A stretch of DNA of 63,040 nucleotides, filler included, from Reticulomyxa filosa (Eukaryota > Protista > Foraminifera), in assembly GCA_000512085.1 (NCBI GenBank). It is 18 parts of 18 records of this genome, joined end to end, with 100 filler letters (N's around TTAATTAATTAA, not from the genome) between each part and the next. Parts side by side here need not be neighbours in the genome. Positions count along the whole stretch, not along the records: positions 8,065 to 10,997 come from ASPP01011398.1; positions 11,098 to 13,279 come from ASPP01000308.1; positions 13,380 to 16,226 come from ASPP01005381.1; positions 16,327 to 17,900 come from ASPP01023312.1; positions 18,001 to 19,576 come from ASPP01016135.1; positions 19,677 to 22,810 come from ASPP01000544.1; positions 22,911 to 33,535 come from ASPP01015784.1; 11 more parts are not named here. One strand, 5' to 3'. Each line of letters opens with the position of its first letter. The first letter of the stretch is position 1. Shown here one piece after another: positions 10,753-22,943 of the stretch. Below the pieces are notes generated by a model that was given only the letters and a program-made list of their open reading frames with translations, was not told the DNA's origin and ran no database searches. A program made the translations under genes and the position numbers.

Positions 10753-12350
10753 GTTTTTTAAACCAAACTTTTTATACATTATACTTGCATATTTTTGTCT
10801 ACAAACATATAATATTTTCCTTGGACCCTCCTTTTATCTGAACCTTTTTTTAAATTTTTATTTTGCAGTATACGTTGTTTTTTTTTTTCCCTCCTCCCCG
10901 CTTCGGCCTTCTCATGAGTTCCCTTTTTTTTTTCTCTTTCTGTCCTTTTTTTTTTTTTATTAATCCTAAAAAAAAAAAATTCTTTTATCAATTTTCCNNN
11001 NNNNNNNNNNNNNNNNNNNNNNNNNNNNNNNNNNNNNNNNNTTAATTAATTAANNNNNNNNNNNNNNNNNNNNNNNNNNNNNNNNNNNNNNNNNNNNTTT
11101 TTTTTTTTTGTGAAGAAAATTTGTTACAAATATTGTTTTGATTTTTATTTTGTCTAAAGAAAATATTTATGAATATTTAATTTGAATGTCTCTGTCATTT
11201 TTTCTTTTTTTCCAAATAAGCAAAACAATAATTTAAATGTGAAAGAAAAGCAGTTCCAAGTTGGTGAAAATGAAGGATATACATTACCAATAATTGATAA
11301 TAGTATACAATTGCGTTATGTATGAATTATAATCAACACCTTTTTATTTATTAAACATCGTAAATAATGTTTGCAAGAGAAAAATGATTTAACCTCGTAT
11401 TTGATAACTCAAATAATAAGATAATTTGAAATCATTTCAAATTGACAGTTGTTATTAGAAGACTTATTTAAATAAAGATATTTTTAATTACTGCATGAAA
11501 GAAATTTAGTATATTCATTCTTCACAGAAGAGTAATTAAGTATTCAATTCTTTGATCGATAGCATAAAAATGAATTGAATTAAAAAAAAATTTGATTATA
11601 TTACTTGCTTTCACATCTAAAAGCTATTAAAGTAATTTTTTTGTTCTGATACATCAAATAATGTTTTTGTAAATCAAATTTATTCAAGTGATGTAAAAGC
11701 AACCATTCATATCTCCAAATTGGTTTCTTGTTCAATGCTTCCTATCTAAAACCAGTTATAAAATTAAGAAACTGGAATTATTCTAAATAGTCAATGTCCT
11801 TGCGCAAGAACATAATATAAAAATTTATTAAAATTAAAACGAAAAGTTGTATTAAATTACAAAGATTTGACTTGAGTGAAAATGTAAAGATAAATCACAA
11901 TGAACATGAATAAATGTATTGATAAAAAAAGAAAAAAAGGAAAAAGCTAGTATTGATATTTGTTGCAGTCATGAACGTTGTAAAAATTGTATTTTTGTTT
12001 TGTAAAAAAAAGTTAATGGATGGACAGGATTCAAAGAAAATACATAAACTAAAAGCAATAAAACGAAAGTAAATGATTATTGGAATTGCACGTTTGACTT
12101 AATAAAAAACAAAACTATAAAATAACAGACTGAATAAATAATAATTACTAAAATGACAAATGAAGTTTTCGCAATGTGCTGAGAGTTTACAAATAGAAAA
12201 AAATGGAATGACTAAAAAATAACATAATTTTATTAAATAAGAAAAAATTTAAAAATAAAATTCAAATTAAACAAAAAACTAAATAAAAGTAAAATTTACA
12301 TGATTTAACAACACATTAAAAAAAAATTTCGTCAAAACAAAAAGCGAATT

Positions 12351-12475
12351 AAAAAAAAGGAAAGAAAGGAAAAAGCGAAAAAGAAAAAGTAAAATAAGGC
12401 GGTGCCTCAGGAACATCGTGGCGTCGCCAAATTTTACCTTTTCTTTTTGCTTTTGTCTTCCTTTGCTTTTTTTTA
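12351..12475 (+). repeat. Long imperfect inverted repeat (hairpin) with a GC-rich core
   Basis: GGCGGTGCC (12398-12406) pairs with GGCGTCGCC (12420-12428) around a 13-nt loop. Purine and pyrimidine arms extend the stem to about 55 bp. Confidence 0.7.
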
Positions 12476-13384
12476 GCTTTCCAAGTCTAGAAAAGTGTGT
12501 TTTTGGTGTATCTTTTGAAATCTCAACTGTATTGAGTAAAAGTTTATTCTACGTATGGACAGATTTGCAAAAATGAGAGCGCTGCGTCATATCTCTTAGT
12601 GTATTCGCAGCTTTTCATAAGAAATTTGTTTGTAGTTTGTCTTTTCACATTAGAACGATAATTCTTGTCATATCAAAATGTACTAAAAGTGACCACTAAT
12701 TTTAAAGATGAAAAATGAAAAAAAACTGAAGCTTCCAAATAAGTCAGAACGTTAGGGCAAACTATTTTCAATCGATTGGTGAAATTCTGGTGAAATAACT
12801 TTGATTTTTGACAAAGTTAGACTGCTATCACTTAATTTTTTTATATTTGCACAACACTTCATGACCAATTATCCTTTGTTGTATTAGCGTTGCTTGCAGC
12901 TGCTTTAGTTGACTTTTTTTTATTATTTATGTTGCAATTGATGCATTTGTAAATAATTGTTTTTGACTATTCTTTTATTGTTTCACTTTTTGCCTTTGAG
13001 TTTGATTGATTTGTACAGTTAGATTTAAAATATTTAGCTATTGAAATAATTGCTTTTTCGTTATTGTAACATATACTTCATGTTGTTTCTTATGTTATAT
13101 ATTGTTTCTTCATTAAAAAAATTGATTATTTTTAAAGTGCAATTTTAGTTACCTTTTTTTTGTATATACAAAATTTCAAATATGTAAATTTTATTCTATG
13201 ATTGAGTTTTTTTTCATATCAATTAATTGTAATTATATCACTTGTAGTCATAACACTTTATATATTATAGTCATTGTGANNNNNNNNNNNNNNNNNNNNN
13301 NNNNNNNNNNNNNNNNNNNNNNNTTAATTAATTAANNNNNNNNNNNNNNNNNNNNNNNNNNNNNNNNNNNNNNNNNNNNAATAT

Positions 13385-13417
<33 letters not shown>

Positions 13418-13439
13418 GTATATGCTCTTTGTAAAGATC

Positions 13440-14188
13440 ACACAAACGATATAATAACGTAAGGCGTGGAAAAAAGCATTGCCAGCATAAGGGATGTTTG
13501 AGTTGGCAAGAAAATGTTTCTGATAAGGTTGCATTTGGGATGGAGGAAGAGGAAGAGGAAGAGGAGAGGGCGGAGGTTGAAAATGAGGTTGGGATTTGTT
13601 GTCCTCGTAGTCCAAGGAATTGTTTTGTCTGTTTATCTTTTTTTCAAAGGTATTTTTGACTATTGCGAATCCAACACACACATATACATACATATATATG
13701 TATATATATATATATATATGTATATACATATATATGTTTATAATATTATTTTGATTCTTTTTTTTTAATATTAGTTTGAAAAGATCAAATGGACACATTA
13801 GACAAAAGAAAGATAACAGTTGGGTTGACGAGATCGAATGTCTTGTGAATATGTGTTAGTGCGATCGAATGGATAAAAGCCGTGCGAGAAGTTGCCATCA
13901 TCATTACCATTACCATTGCCGTGACGTTGGAAAGAGGAGTCAAAGTGCTGCGCTTGCGAGTAGTGATCGTTGCGATGGTTGTGGCTATCCTCGCTTTCGC
14001 GCAAGCGATGGTCATAGCCACCGTATTTGGACTTCCATTTCGAATTGGATTTGAAGGTGGACTTGTGTTGGCATTTCGAGTTGTAATAGTCGTCGTTGTC
14101 ATCTTTGGAATTGTAATATTGGTTTGAATAATTTTTGTCATTGTTATTATTATTATTATTATTATTGTTATTATTATTATTATTATTA

Positions 14189-14225
<37 letters not shown>

Positions 14226-14800
14226 CATTGTGATGCCATTTTTGTTTTCGTTTGGGATGAGAGGACCATGTTTGTGAATGAGACGACATTGGTCGGTTTG
14301 AAAAATGTGCTGTCGTATCTTTGTGCTTTTTACCGTCATTATGTGACGTCGACCAATGTGCTTCTTTCCATTTCTCTTTTTCCATTTCTTTCTCGTGTTC
14401 TTTTTTTCCCGTCTTTGTCGCTGCCGCCGCCATCCTCACTGCCACTGCTGCGTCCCTTTTCTTTTTCTTTCTTTGTTGTCATCTCCTCCTCTTCCTCCTT
14501 CACTTTGCTCTCCATCTTCATGTTGTCAGTGGCGGCCACGTCTTTTTCTTTGCTATTCTTCACTTCTGCTTCATTTGACTAGGTCTCCCATTTGTTCGTT
14601 TGTTCGTTTGTTTGTTTGTTTTTTTTTTTAGCTTGTTTTGTATATACAATTTGATAATTGCTTTTAGACCTCCTCTTTTTCTTTCTCTTTTTTTTCCTCT
14701 CTTCTTTTCTATCCCCTTTGTCCACTTTTTTTTTTTTTTTGACCTCGGTTGCATCTCTTGCCCCTGTGTCACTCTCCACATTTTTGCTGCTCGCTTCCAA
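13440..14800 (-). CDS. Low-complexity E/K-, N- and P-rich protein, multi-exon, partial
   Basis: ORFs 14579-14800, 14339-14563, 13798-14445 and part of 13328-13798. It contains a poly-Asn tract and has an apparent frameshift at the homopolymer near 14401-14410. Confidence 0.55.
14138..14228. repeat. (TTA/TTG)n microsatellite encoding poly-Asn on the minus strand
   Basis: The trinucleotide repeat is directly visible. Confidence 0.9.
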
Positions 14801-15308
14801 TGCAAATGGAGATTGTGATTCTTCATCACCAGCTTTTTTTTTTCACGGTTCGGTGTTTTTTGCACAAAAAAAAAAAGAGATCTGTTTCCTATTTCCATAT
14901 GCTCCATTGTTCCAACACACAAAAAAAAGACCAACAATACTTCACCACTAGGAGGAGTTACAGGAAAAGCCATTCAATTTTTTATTTTAATATTTTAAGA
15001 GTTTTTTCTGTTGTCAACTGCTGTTTGACAGTAACACGGCCCACGATACTTTTCAAAACTTGTTTGCAGAGGTAAGTCATATTTTTTTGGAAAGACTTAT
15101 TTCGCTTGGCAGAACAGGAAGACTTTCCATCGTTTTTTTCTTGTGGACATAATTGGTTTGAAAAGTAAAGGTAATTGGAACATCTTCATGCAATTTCATC
15201 ACTTTGACAATTGTTAATGGGCTGTGTCAAAGGGCTTGAAAACAAGTATGAACTCTGTACGCCCGTATTTAAAAAAAAAACATGTCCGTATAAAAGATAA
15301 GAAGAATA

Positions 15309-16172
15309 ATGGCAAAAGAAAGAACTGTGTCAAGTAATGGGAGTGTTGAACAGTTTGAAAATGATGTGAGTGAAATGAAGACCTCAATGGATCCAAGTGA
15401 GATGTTGTGTTATATTCGAAGTGAATTGGCACAATGGCGAGAAGGGACACTGAAGTTTGAGGAGAATTTGGTGAAGCAAGTGGAGTCAGCATTAAGAGAA
15501 AGAGAGGAGCATTTGGAGAGACAAAGAAAGAAAAGAGAAAAAAAGAAAAAAGAAGTTGAAGAGAAACTGGAAAAAGAAAAAGAAAAAGAAAAAGAAAAAA
15601 AGACAGAAAACGGAAAGATGGGGCCAGTATTAAGATGGCGAATGCCAAGTAATTTCAGCAAACACAAACAAACAAATAAACAAATGGAGATAGTTTTGAG
15701 TTGATATAATTGTCATCGACAATAACAAACATAAAAAAAAAAGAAGATGGACAGAACAAATGGATGGAAATAGTTGAAAATTACGGAGCAAATGGGGAAC
15801 AAAGACTCGAAAAGTTTTGAAAGAAAAGTACTTTATATATAAGTATATGTTTTTTTTTTTTTTTTTTTGTGCATAATGGACGTAGGACATAAAGTGTGGA
15901 ATCCCACAAATACAAGCAGGAGAGCATCCAGGGAAACAGATGACGAGGGACAAGAGAATGGACTAATCAAAGAGGGCAAAGGCCCAATACAAATTCGACC
16001 GACTAACTTTACGCAAGGCAAGCATGTCTTGGTCCACTGCAATGACATTTTGCGACCTGCCCAAATCGTATCGATGACTGAGTACATGTCCATGCTCGCA
16101 ATTCCCTCCGAGTCCCTTCAAAACACGCAGCAAGTCGAATGTACCTTTCAATCGTATAAAATACGTTACTTA
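15309..16172 (+). CDS. Coiled-coil protein with a possible Tudor/chromo-barrel domain, partial
   Basis: An E/K-rich coiled-coil exon is followed by a later exon FTQGKHVLVHCNDILRPAQIV...SYKIRY, which fits a Tudor-knot-like strand pattern. Confidence 0.45.
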
Positions 16173-16399
16173 GTATGCAAAAACATGATTAATCATAACA
16201 AAAAGTTTATTGATATTATATATATANNNNNNNNNNNNNNNNNNNNNNNNNNNNNNNNNNNNNNNNNNNNTTAATTAATTAANNNNNNNNNNNNNNNNNN
16301 NNNNNNNNNNNNNNNNNNNNNNNNNNCTTTTAAGAAAAGTTTTTTTTGTTTAATCTGATTTTATTTTCAGTGCTTGTGGTATATTGCAAAAAAACTGAC

Positions 16400-17030
16400 A
16401 TAAATGAAAGAGAATTAATTTTCCTATGAAAAATAACACTTAAATATAATTTTTTAAAAAATCTACAAATCTTGTAGTTTTGAATATTTTTTTGCGTGTT
16501 TGATTTTCTTAAGATTTTGGTTTTGTTCAGTTGCTTTTTATTTTATATTTTTAGTCATTGTTTGATATTTCGACTTTTTTTAAATGGTTAAACAGTTTAG
16601 ATGATCTAGTGTTTGCTTAGTTATCAAAAAGTTTGGTGAAAGTCGAACATCTTTGTAATTGTAGAAAGCTCTTTATAAAAGTTAATGAGCCTGTAGTAAA
16701 AAAAAAGTGGATCTGGAAGAGCAAAAAAGATCAATATGCGAATTCAGCAAAAAATTATTAGCTGTCTTGTTTCTGTGAAAATTGCAAAAAATACAAAGAA
16801 AGAATTAGATAACTTGATGAAATTAAAGTAGAATATACAACTGTGATAATAGTGCTTAAAAGAAATGTTTAACTGCAGTAACTAAGAAGAAAATACCAGA
16901 TTTAGAAGATAGTCATATTAATGCAATAATCAAATTTGTAATTGGATTGGGCAGTAGACAATTTGAAGGAAGTAATCTTTTCAGATGAAAAAAGATTAAC
17001 TTGCGTAAAAGTGATATTAAATATGCTTGG
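16400..17030 (+). mobile_element. Tc1-like transposon remnant (family B-related), left part
   Basis: Degenerate inner TIR sequence (ttttcctatgaaaaataacac...aaaaatctacaaatc). Also KSGSGRAKK near 16704 and DWAVDNLKEVIFSDEKRL at about 16945-16998, carrying the first catalytic D. Confidence 0.7.
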
Positions 17031-17813
17031 AAAAAATTCAATGTTGCATCATGATTTGTGCTTGCTTTAGCGCAAAGTGCACTGTTAGCTTCTTTGTCGT
17101 CAATGATGTTAGACGCATTGACAACTTATCGTTTTTTAACAGTACCACACATAAAGTTTGTGGTATGTTTGAGACGACATAAAAACTTTCTAATGTATTT
17201 GTACGTATGTCGTTTGTGCCATTGATAGTGAACTCCAGCTTTTTTGTAAAGTGATTGAACCTCTTGCTTGTGCAGCTACTAATGCTATCGAGTTCTTGCT
17301 ATAATTTATTTACAATGTCATCGTTGATCACATATCAATATCAGTGAGTATATTCAAGATTTCTTTAGCATGTAGCTAGATTTCAGGATTCTCCATTACC
17401 TTGTCAATTTAAGAATTGTGATAGTACGTTCGATCTTTTGTTGACTCAGTTGTTTCTTCATCACTTGTAATTCGTTTTCATTATTTAGACAATCACGTTG
17501 TTTGTGACAATGTTTACCACATCACTAACATTAGCAATTCTATTGTTTTTTATTTTTAGATTGACTGTCACTTAAATTGCAATTGTATGGAAGTTATTAC
17601 TATTTTGTTATATGTAAAAAGAGTAATTTTTTCTATTGATATTTGTTTTAACTGTAATACTATCGCATTTGCTTGTGTTGTTCCAAGAATTAATATTACT
17701 AGCATCTATTGTATTTCTACGATCTTTTAGATTGTTGTTGATGCAAATATATCATATATCTGCATTTGATATAGTCCTCGAGGCAGTCATTTTCATTCTT
17801 AAATGACCTTCTA

Positions 17814-17900
17814 CAGTAGGTTGCAAAGAAAACTAAACGCCTAAAACGGTATCATATGATGATAATTGATTTTCTCCATGAAAAATCGACATTTAGACCT
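17814..17900 (+). mobile_element. Terminal inverted repeat of Tc1 family B, cut by the contig end
   Basis: TA|CAGTAGGTTGCAAAGAAAA...CCTAAAACGGTA...TTGATTTTCTCCATGAAAAA matches the TIR at 20728. Confidence 0.75.
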
Positions 17901-18058
17901 NNNNNNNNNNNNNNNNNNNNNNNNNNNNNNNNNNNNNNNNNNNNTTAATTAATTAANNNNNNNNNNNNNNNNNNNNNNNNNNNNNNNNNNNNNNNNNNNN
18001 GGAGTCACATGTGTATCCCTCTGTTTTTTTCCCCCCCCCCCCCCCTCAAAAGAAGATA

Positions 18059-18941
18059 TCAATTGGAACTGAAGTTAACATCTGGTGGCTGATAGCCTAC
18101 ATTCTTTCCCAATTTATAGCGTTTGTTACTGAACAACTCCATTTTCGAGTAATGAGGATTGCAACAGCGCAAGTACAAAAGCTTTATATAAAAAAGAGGC
18201 AATAGAAAACAAACTGGCTCCATATTATATATACATATATATATATGTATACGTATGTATATATACGTATATAATGCTATGTTGGTTATTTGTGACTGAC
18301 AAAACTGCTTGCAAAAAACTGACGAACATGACCATTGGCAATAAAAAAATGTAGGAAAAAATGTGAAAGATATCAAACTTGTCGCAATTGAAATAAGTGC
18401 AAAACTTTCGATGATTTGACACGATAGCACATTTGGCTCCAAAAATATTGGAATTTTCGTTGGCATCATATATTGGCCGAGTCTTGCCAAGCAGTAATGT
18501 CCATATATCACTATTCCCGATATAACTCCATTCCGATGGCAAAAACATGTTGTCCTGTTTGGCATTCTCGTCCGCTGTGCTTCCTTCGCACGCATGGTAG
18601 AAATAGGCCAGGGTACTCACTACGCCAAAACATAACACAAATGTGTTCACTGAAACTATCAACAATACTGGCTTATACTTGATTTGCAATAGCTGATGTG
18701 CTAACATTGCTCCAAATATTGTAAATACCAATACTTTGTTCAATCCCAACAAATAATGCAATGCCATCCTTGAATATCCGTGGTGATACAGAAATGTCAA
18801 CACCAAATCCCAAACACATGGCGCTATTGATATCACCACAAATTTTCCAAATACAAGCCAAACATATTTTTTATCTTGAAAGGACACTGCATAATCTTCC
18901 GGTAAGTACTTGCGAACATTAATCGCCGTAAAAATTGGCAT
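18059..18941 (-). CDS. Multi-pass (7TM-like) membrane protein, partial
   Basis: A 238-aa ORF with several hydrophobic helices, then a (TA)-rich intron and a further hydrophobic exon. Confidence 0.6.
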
Positions 18942-19689
18942 TTTTAATTCCTTTTTTTTTTCCCCCCCCCCTTCTCTTCAACTTTTTTTTTTTGAAAGTG
19001 TTTAAAAGACATTACACCAATTTGTTGTGATAAACTCAATACGTTCATAAAATCGATTTATCTTTGTTCTAAAACATTAAATATCTTAATTTAAAAGACA
19101 AAAATAAAAGCAAGCCACTAGACATCCAAAGTAATGTAAGAGAGCGCTATTCTTTAAATTTTTCATTTGGAATGAATTAACCTGCAAGAGTTTGTTTGTC
19201 AGTTTAGAAACAGCTTGGCATTTCATTCGACTAGAAAAAAAGTAATACAAAAGAAATGTATTGTGAATACTTGAAATGGACTCCATTTGTGTTGTGTTAT
19301 TGACGTAGTCCAACGACTCCTTTGCAACAATTAATTACTCCAAGAAAAAACTTGTTATATTTTCAATGACAATACATTTGAAAAAAAAACAACAAACTGA
19401 GTGCTTAAAACTTGAAGACGTGAGGTGACAAAATGAGCAAAAAAAAGAAGAGACAAACTAGTATGAGCAGGAAGAGGAGATGGCAAACTAAGATTTAGGA
19501 AGCAAAAGTTCAACTGGATAATTTGGTTAAACTAATTGACATTTTTTTTAAAAAAAAAAAAAAAAGAATCAAATTTNNNNNNNNNNNNNNNNNNNNNNNN
19601 NNNNNNNNNNNNNNNNNNNNTTAATTAATTAANNNNNNNNNNNNNNNNNNNNNNNNNNNNNNNNNNNNNNNNNNNNTGTGTGAATTTTC

Positions 19690-20725
19690 ATAATTTAAAT
19701 ATTGTAAAACATTGTTATTTGAACAAGGATATGCAATATCTTCATTATCATAATTCCATTTTGATTTATAATATGAGTAACCTCATTCACTGGCTTGTTT
19801 ATTGCAATAATCTGTTAACTCTTTCAATGCACCCGAAGTGATATTGTCATCATTCGAGGATTATAGGTCAGCAGACCAAATGCAAATAATTCCATTTCTT
19901 TTTCATATTTCCAACAACTTTTTCCAAATAGAATTATCTTGGTTCATATCTTCTTTCAATGCATAAATCGTCACACGTCTCCACATATCTTCGGATGTTC
20001 CGATCAATCATTGTCCGTCCTTTTCACTCTTCCCAACAATTGTTTCGTAAATAAATACAATTGTTTGTCGTTTAACTTTACAGATACTTTTTGAAGTACG
20101 TTATAATAATTTTCATTTGTTCAATAGGTATATTAAAACCTCCTTCAATTGTTTTTCATTCAATTTCATTGCAGTTATTTCAAGTAAATATTTGTAAATA
20201 TATTTTCTATTTTGAAATCCATTCGTCAAAAGATTAAAAGTATCATCAAATTGTCTTTCATCCAATTTCACTGCAATTGTTCCGAGTGAACTTTTTTTCA
20301 GTTTCATTATGAATTGAGTATGTCCACTATAAAAATATTTACGATACCTATTAACCAAATATTGGAAGACACTATCCAATTGTTTTCTTCCCAATTGTAA
20401 TGAAATCATTGCAAGCGCATGTGCACATTCATCACAAATTCCATCGTCAAAGGCATTCTAAAAATTTCAAAACCTTATTCAATTGTCTCACTTAAATTCT
20501 GTGCTATTTCTGCAAGTAATCTTGCACACGTACTGTGAATATATTGGTCTTTGCCACCAAGCCCATCCATTAAAAATTCTAAAACATCATCCAATTGTTT
20601 TTTATTCAGTTTCCGCAATATTTTACCAAAAAATCTGCAAGAAACCAATAGTATTTCCTAAAATTTTGCGTATAACATTGCAAAATAATACTTGAAGTTT
20701 CTGTAGAAATACGCAAATAATTTAA
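19690..20725 (-). pseudogene. Decayed HEAT-like repeat protein (KLNEKQL repeat family)
   Basis: Repeats such as QLGRKQLDSVFQYLVN, KLDERQFDDTFNLLTNGF and KLNEKQLKEVLIYLLN occur with stops and frameshifts. Confidence 0.6.
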
Positions 20726-20727
20726 TA

Positions 20728-21745
20728 CAGTAGAATGCAAAGTAAAGTTGACACCTAAAACGGCACCTTATAGAGATGATTGATTTTCTACATGAAAAAA
20801 CAACATTCAGACCTAATTTTTTAAAAAATACTACTTTTTAAATATCATTTTGGTTTTTTATTAAATCTTTACTAATTATTTCAATATTTTATCCTTTATT
20901 TTTCTTTTCTTTTTTTTAGATCAATGTAGTTCAATATTTGAGTTTTTTAATTATTTTTTTGAAAATTACTAAAGGATTGAGAATTTGAACAAAAGATTGC
21001 TGTTGAGCTGTTGCGTCAGTGCTGGAGTTTGCTCAAAGTTGCAAACAATTTTGTGTAAGTTATGAATATGTGCGTAAACCGAAGCTGATGTTCATCATAA
21101 AAATATCAAATTGATATTGGAAGCATAATCGTGTGGTCTTGCTTTGTAGTGTTAAGAAATGTTTATGCATGTAACATTAATTGATTTGTCAATGCATATA
21201 TTTACAAAGAAATTCTAGTTGATGAAATGCTCAAAAAGCATTAATTGAGGTTTAGAAGATAATGAAAATTGTATATTTCAGCAAGATAATGCCACCAGCC
21301 ACACAGAAATTACAGCAAAAAAATAGCTTGAACAAAATTCTATCAAAGTATTGAATTTTATTCCAAATTCTCCAGACCTGAACCAAATCGAAAATCTGTT
21401 ATGGATAGTGAAAACAAAAGTATTCAAAGTAAAATATTCGGATCAGAAGAAGAACTCTGGAAACACATTGAGAACTTTCTGAAAATGCTTTAAAAAAAGT
21501 TGTTTACGATATAGTCACGATTGTCAACTTTCTCGAAAATTTTCAAAAATGAATAAAATATTCAAATTTTTTAAACAATTAGAAAAGATTTAATAAAAAC
21601 TAAATTCAAAATGATATTTAAAAAATACACGATTTGTAGATATTTTTTAAAAAAAATTAAGTCTGAATGTTGTTTTTTCATGTAAAAAATCAATCATCTC
21701 TATAAGGTACCGTTTTAGGTATCAACTTTATTTTGCATTCTACTG
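20728..21745 (+). mobile_element. Tc1 (DD34E) transposon, internally deleted, family B, both ends present
   Basis: TA target duplication on both sides and imperfect TIRs of about 170 bp beginning CAGTAGAATGCAAA. The remnant FQQDNATSH...KK*LEQN...PNSPDLNQIENL has 34 residues between D and E. Confidence 0.92.
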
Positions 21746-22589
21746 TATTTCAAACACGGAAATAGACTGACAAATTAAAAAATAAACAAATGATATATCA
21801 AAAAACAATGAATATTTGAATATACACGACAAAAAATATCATTATTTTTTCAGAATCTATAGCAAATTGAAAAGTAAAACCTTTATGCGAAGATGATTTG
21901 ATGCCCGAAAATAAAAAAAGGAAGGATCTCCATCTTCTTTACATTCAATTTTTTATGCAAATTGATCTTTGCACAATTCATTTAAGATTTGATAATCTGC
22001 TGTTTGTGAAAATGAAATTATGTTATATGTTCATTACGTAATACATTTATCATTTTATCTTAAAGTTCAATAATAAAGTTAATGTATAACATGTTATACC
22101 TAAAAACAGTCATGTAGAATTTTTTTAGGAAAAAAAAACAGTTAGTAGATGCAAAGAAAAGTAGAAACACATCAGGATATTTTCTTTACTGAGTTACATT
22201 TTAAAGGAAAAGCGTTTTTGAGAGGCTGATAATTACACTGAATTTTTGTTTCCCCCTCCTGTGTTTTTGGAAATTATTGGGATAGGATAAAGTGCAGTAA
22301 AATGTTAACGTTTTGTACTTTTGAGAGATTGGATGAACAATGGAAAATTATCCATTTTATTTTCTTTATTGTTCACCAAATTCGACAAAATTACTACCTT
22401 TTTCTTGAATGTATTTATGTGTTAATTGCATATTTGCAAAAAAAGTAATTTTGAAGAAAACTCTTTGTCATAAAAAAAATAAAATAATCAATGAAAAACA
22501 TTGAACCAAAGAATGGCTCTAAATTCAATGATTCACTATTGATGTAAATTGTTTGAAAGAAGTTTTTAAAAAATAATAATTAATCAATA

Positions 22590-22810
22590 CATTCACTGAT
22601 CATACCGACACTATGTGGAGTATTGATTATTCAACACTTGATGGTTGTCAATTCATTTGTTCTGGATCAGATGATAAAACAGTTCGTGTATGGGATGTTG
22701 ATAACAACAAACAAATTCAATCATTCAACGGACATTCATCTTCTGTGTATTGTGTGAAATTTTCACCATATCATTATCATAACAATCGTCAAAATGTCAT
22801 TTGTTCTTCA
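22590..22810 (+). CDS. WD40-repeat protein fragment (possibly a pseudogene)
   Basis: HTDTMWSIDYSTLDGCQFICSGSDDKTVRVWD...FNGHSSSVYCVKFSPYHYH. Confidence 0.85.
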
Positions 22811-22910
22811 NNNNNNNNNNNNNNNNNNNNNNNNNNNNNNNNNNNNNNNNNNNNTTAATTAATTAANNNNNNNNNNNNNNNNNNNNNNNNNNNNNNNNNN
22901 NNNNNNNNNN

Positions 22911-22930
<20 letters not shown>

Positions 22931-22943
<13 letters not shown>

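Noticed and set aside
11098-13279. Hydrophobic and coding-like minus-strand tracts
   Set aside because: They are too degraded to support a call; only the hairpin is reported.
13785-14631. Poly-Ile and poly-Tyr ORFs
   Set aside because: They are alternative-frame or antisense readings of the poly-Asn microsatellite.
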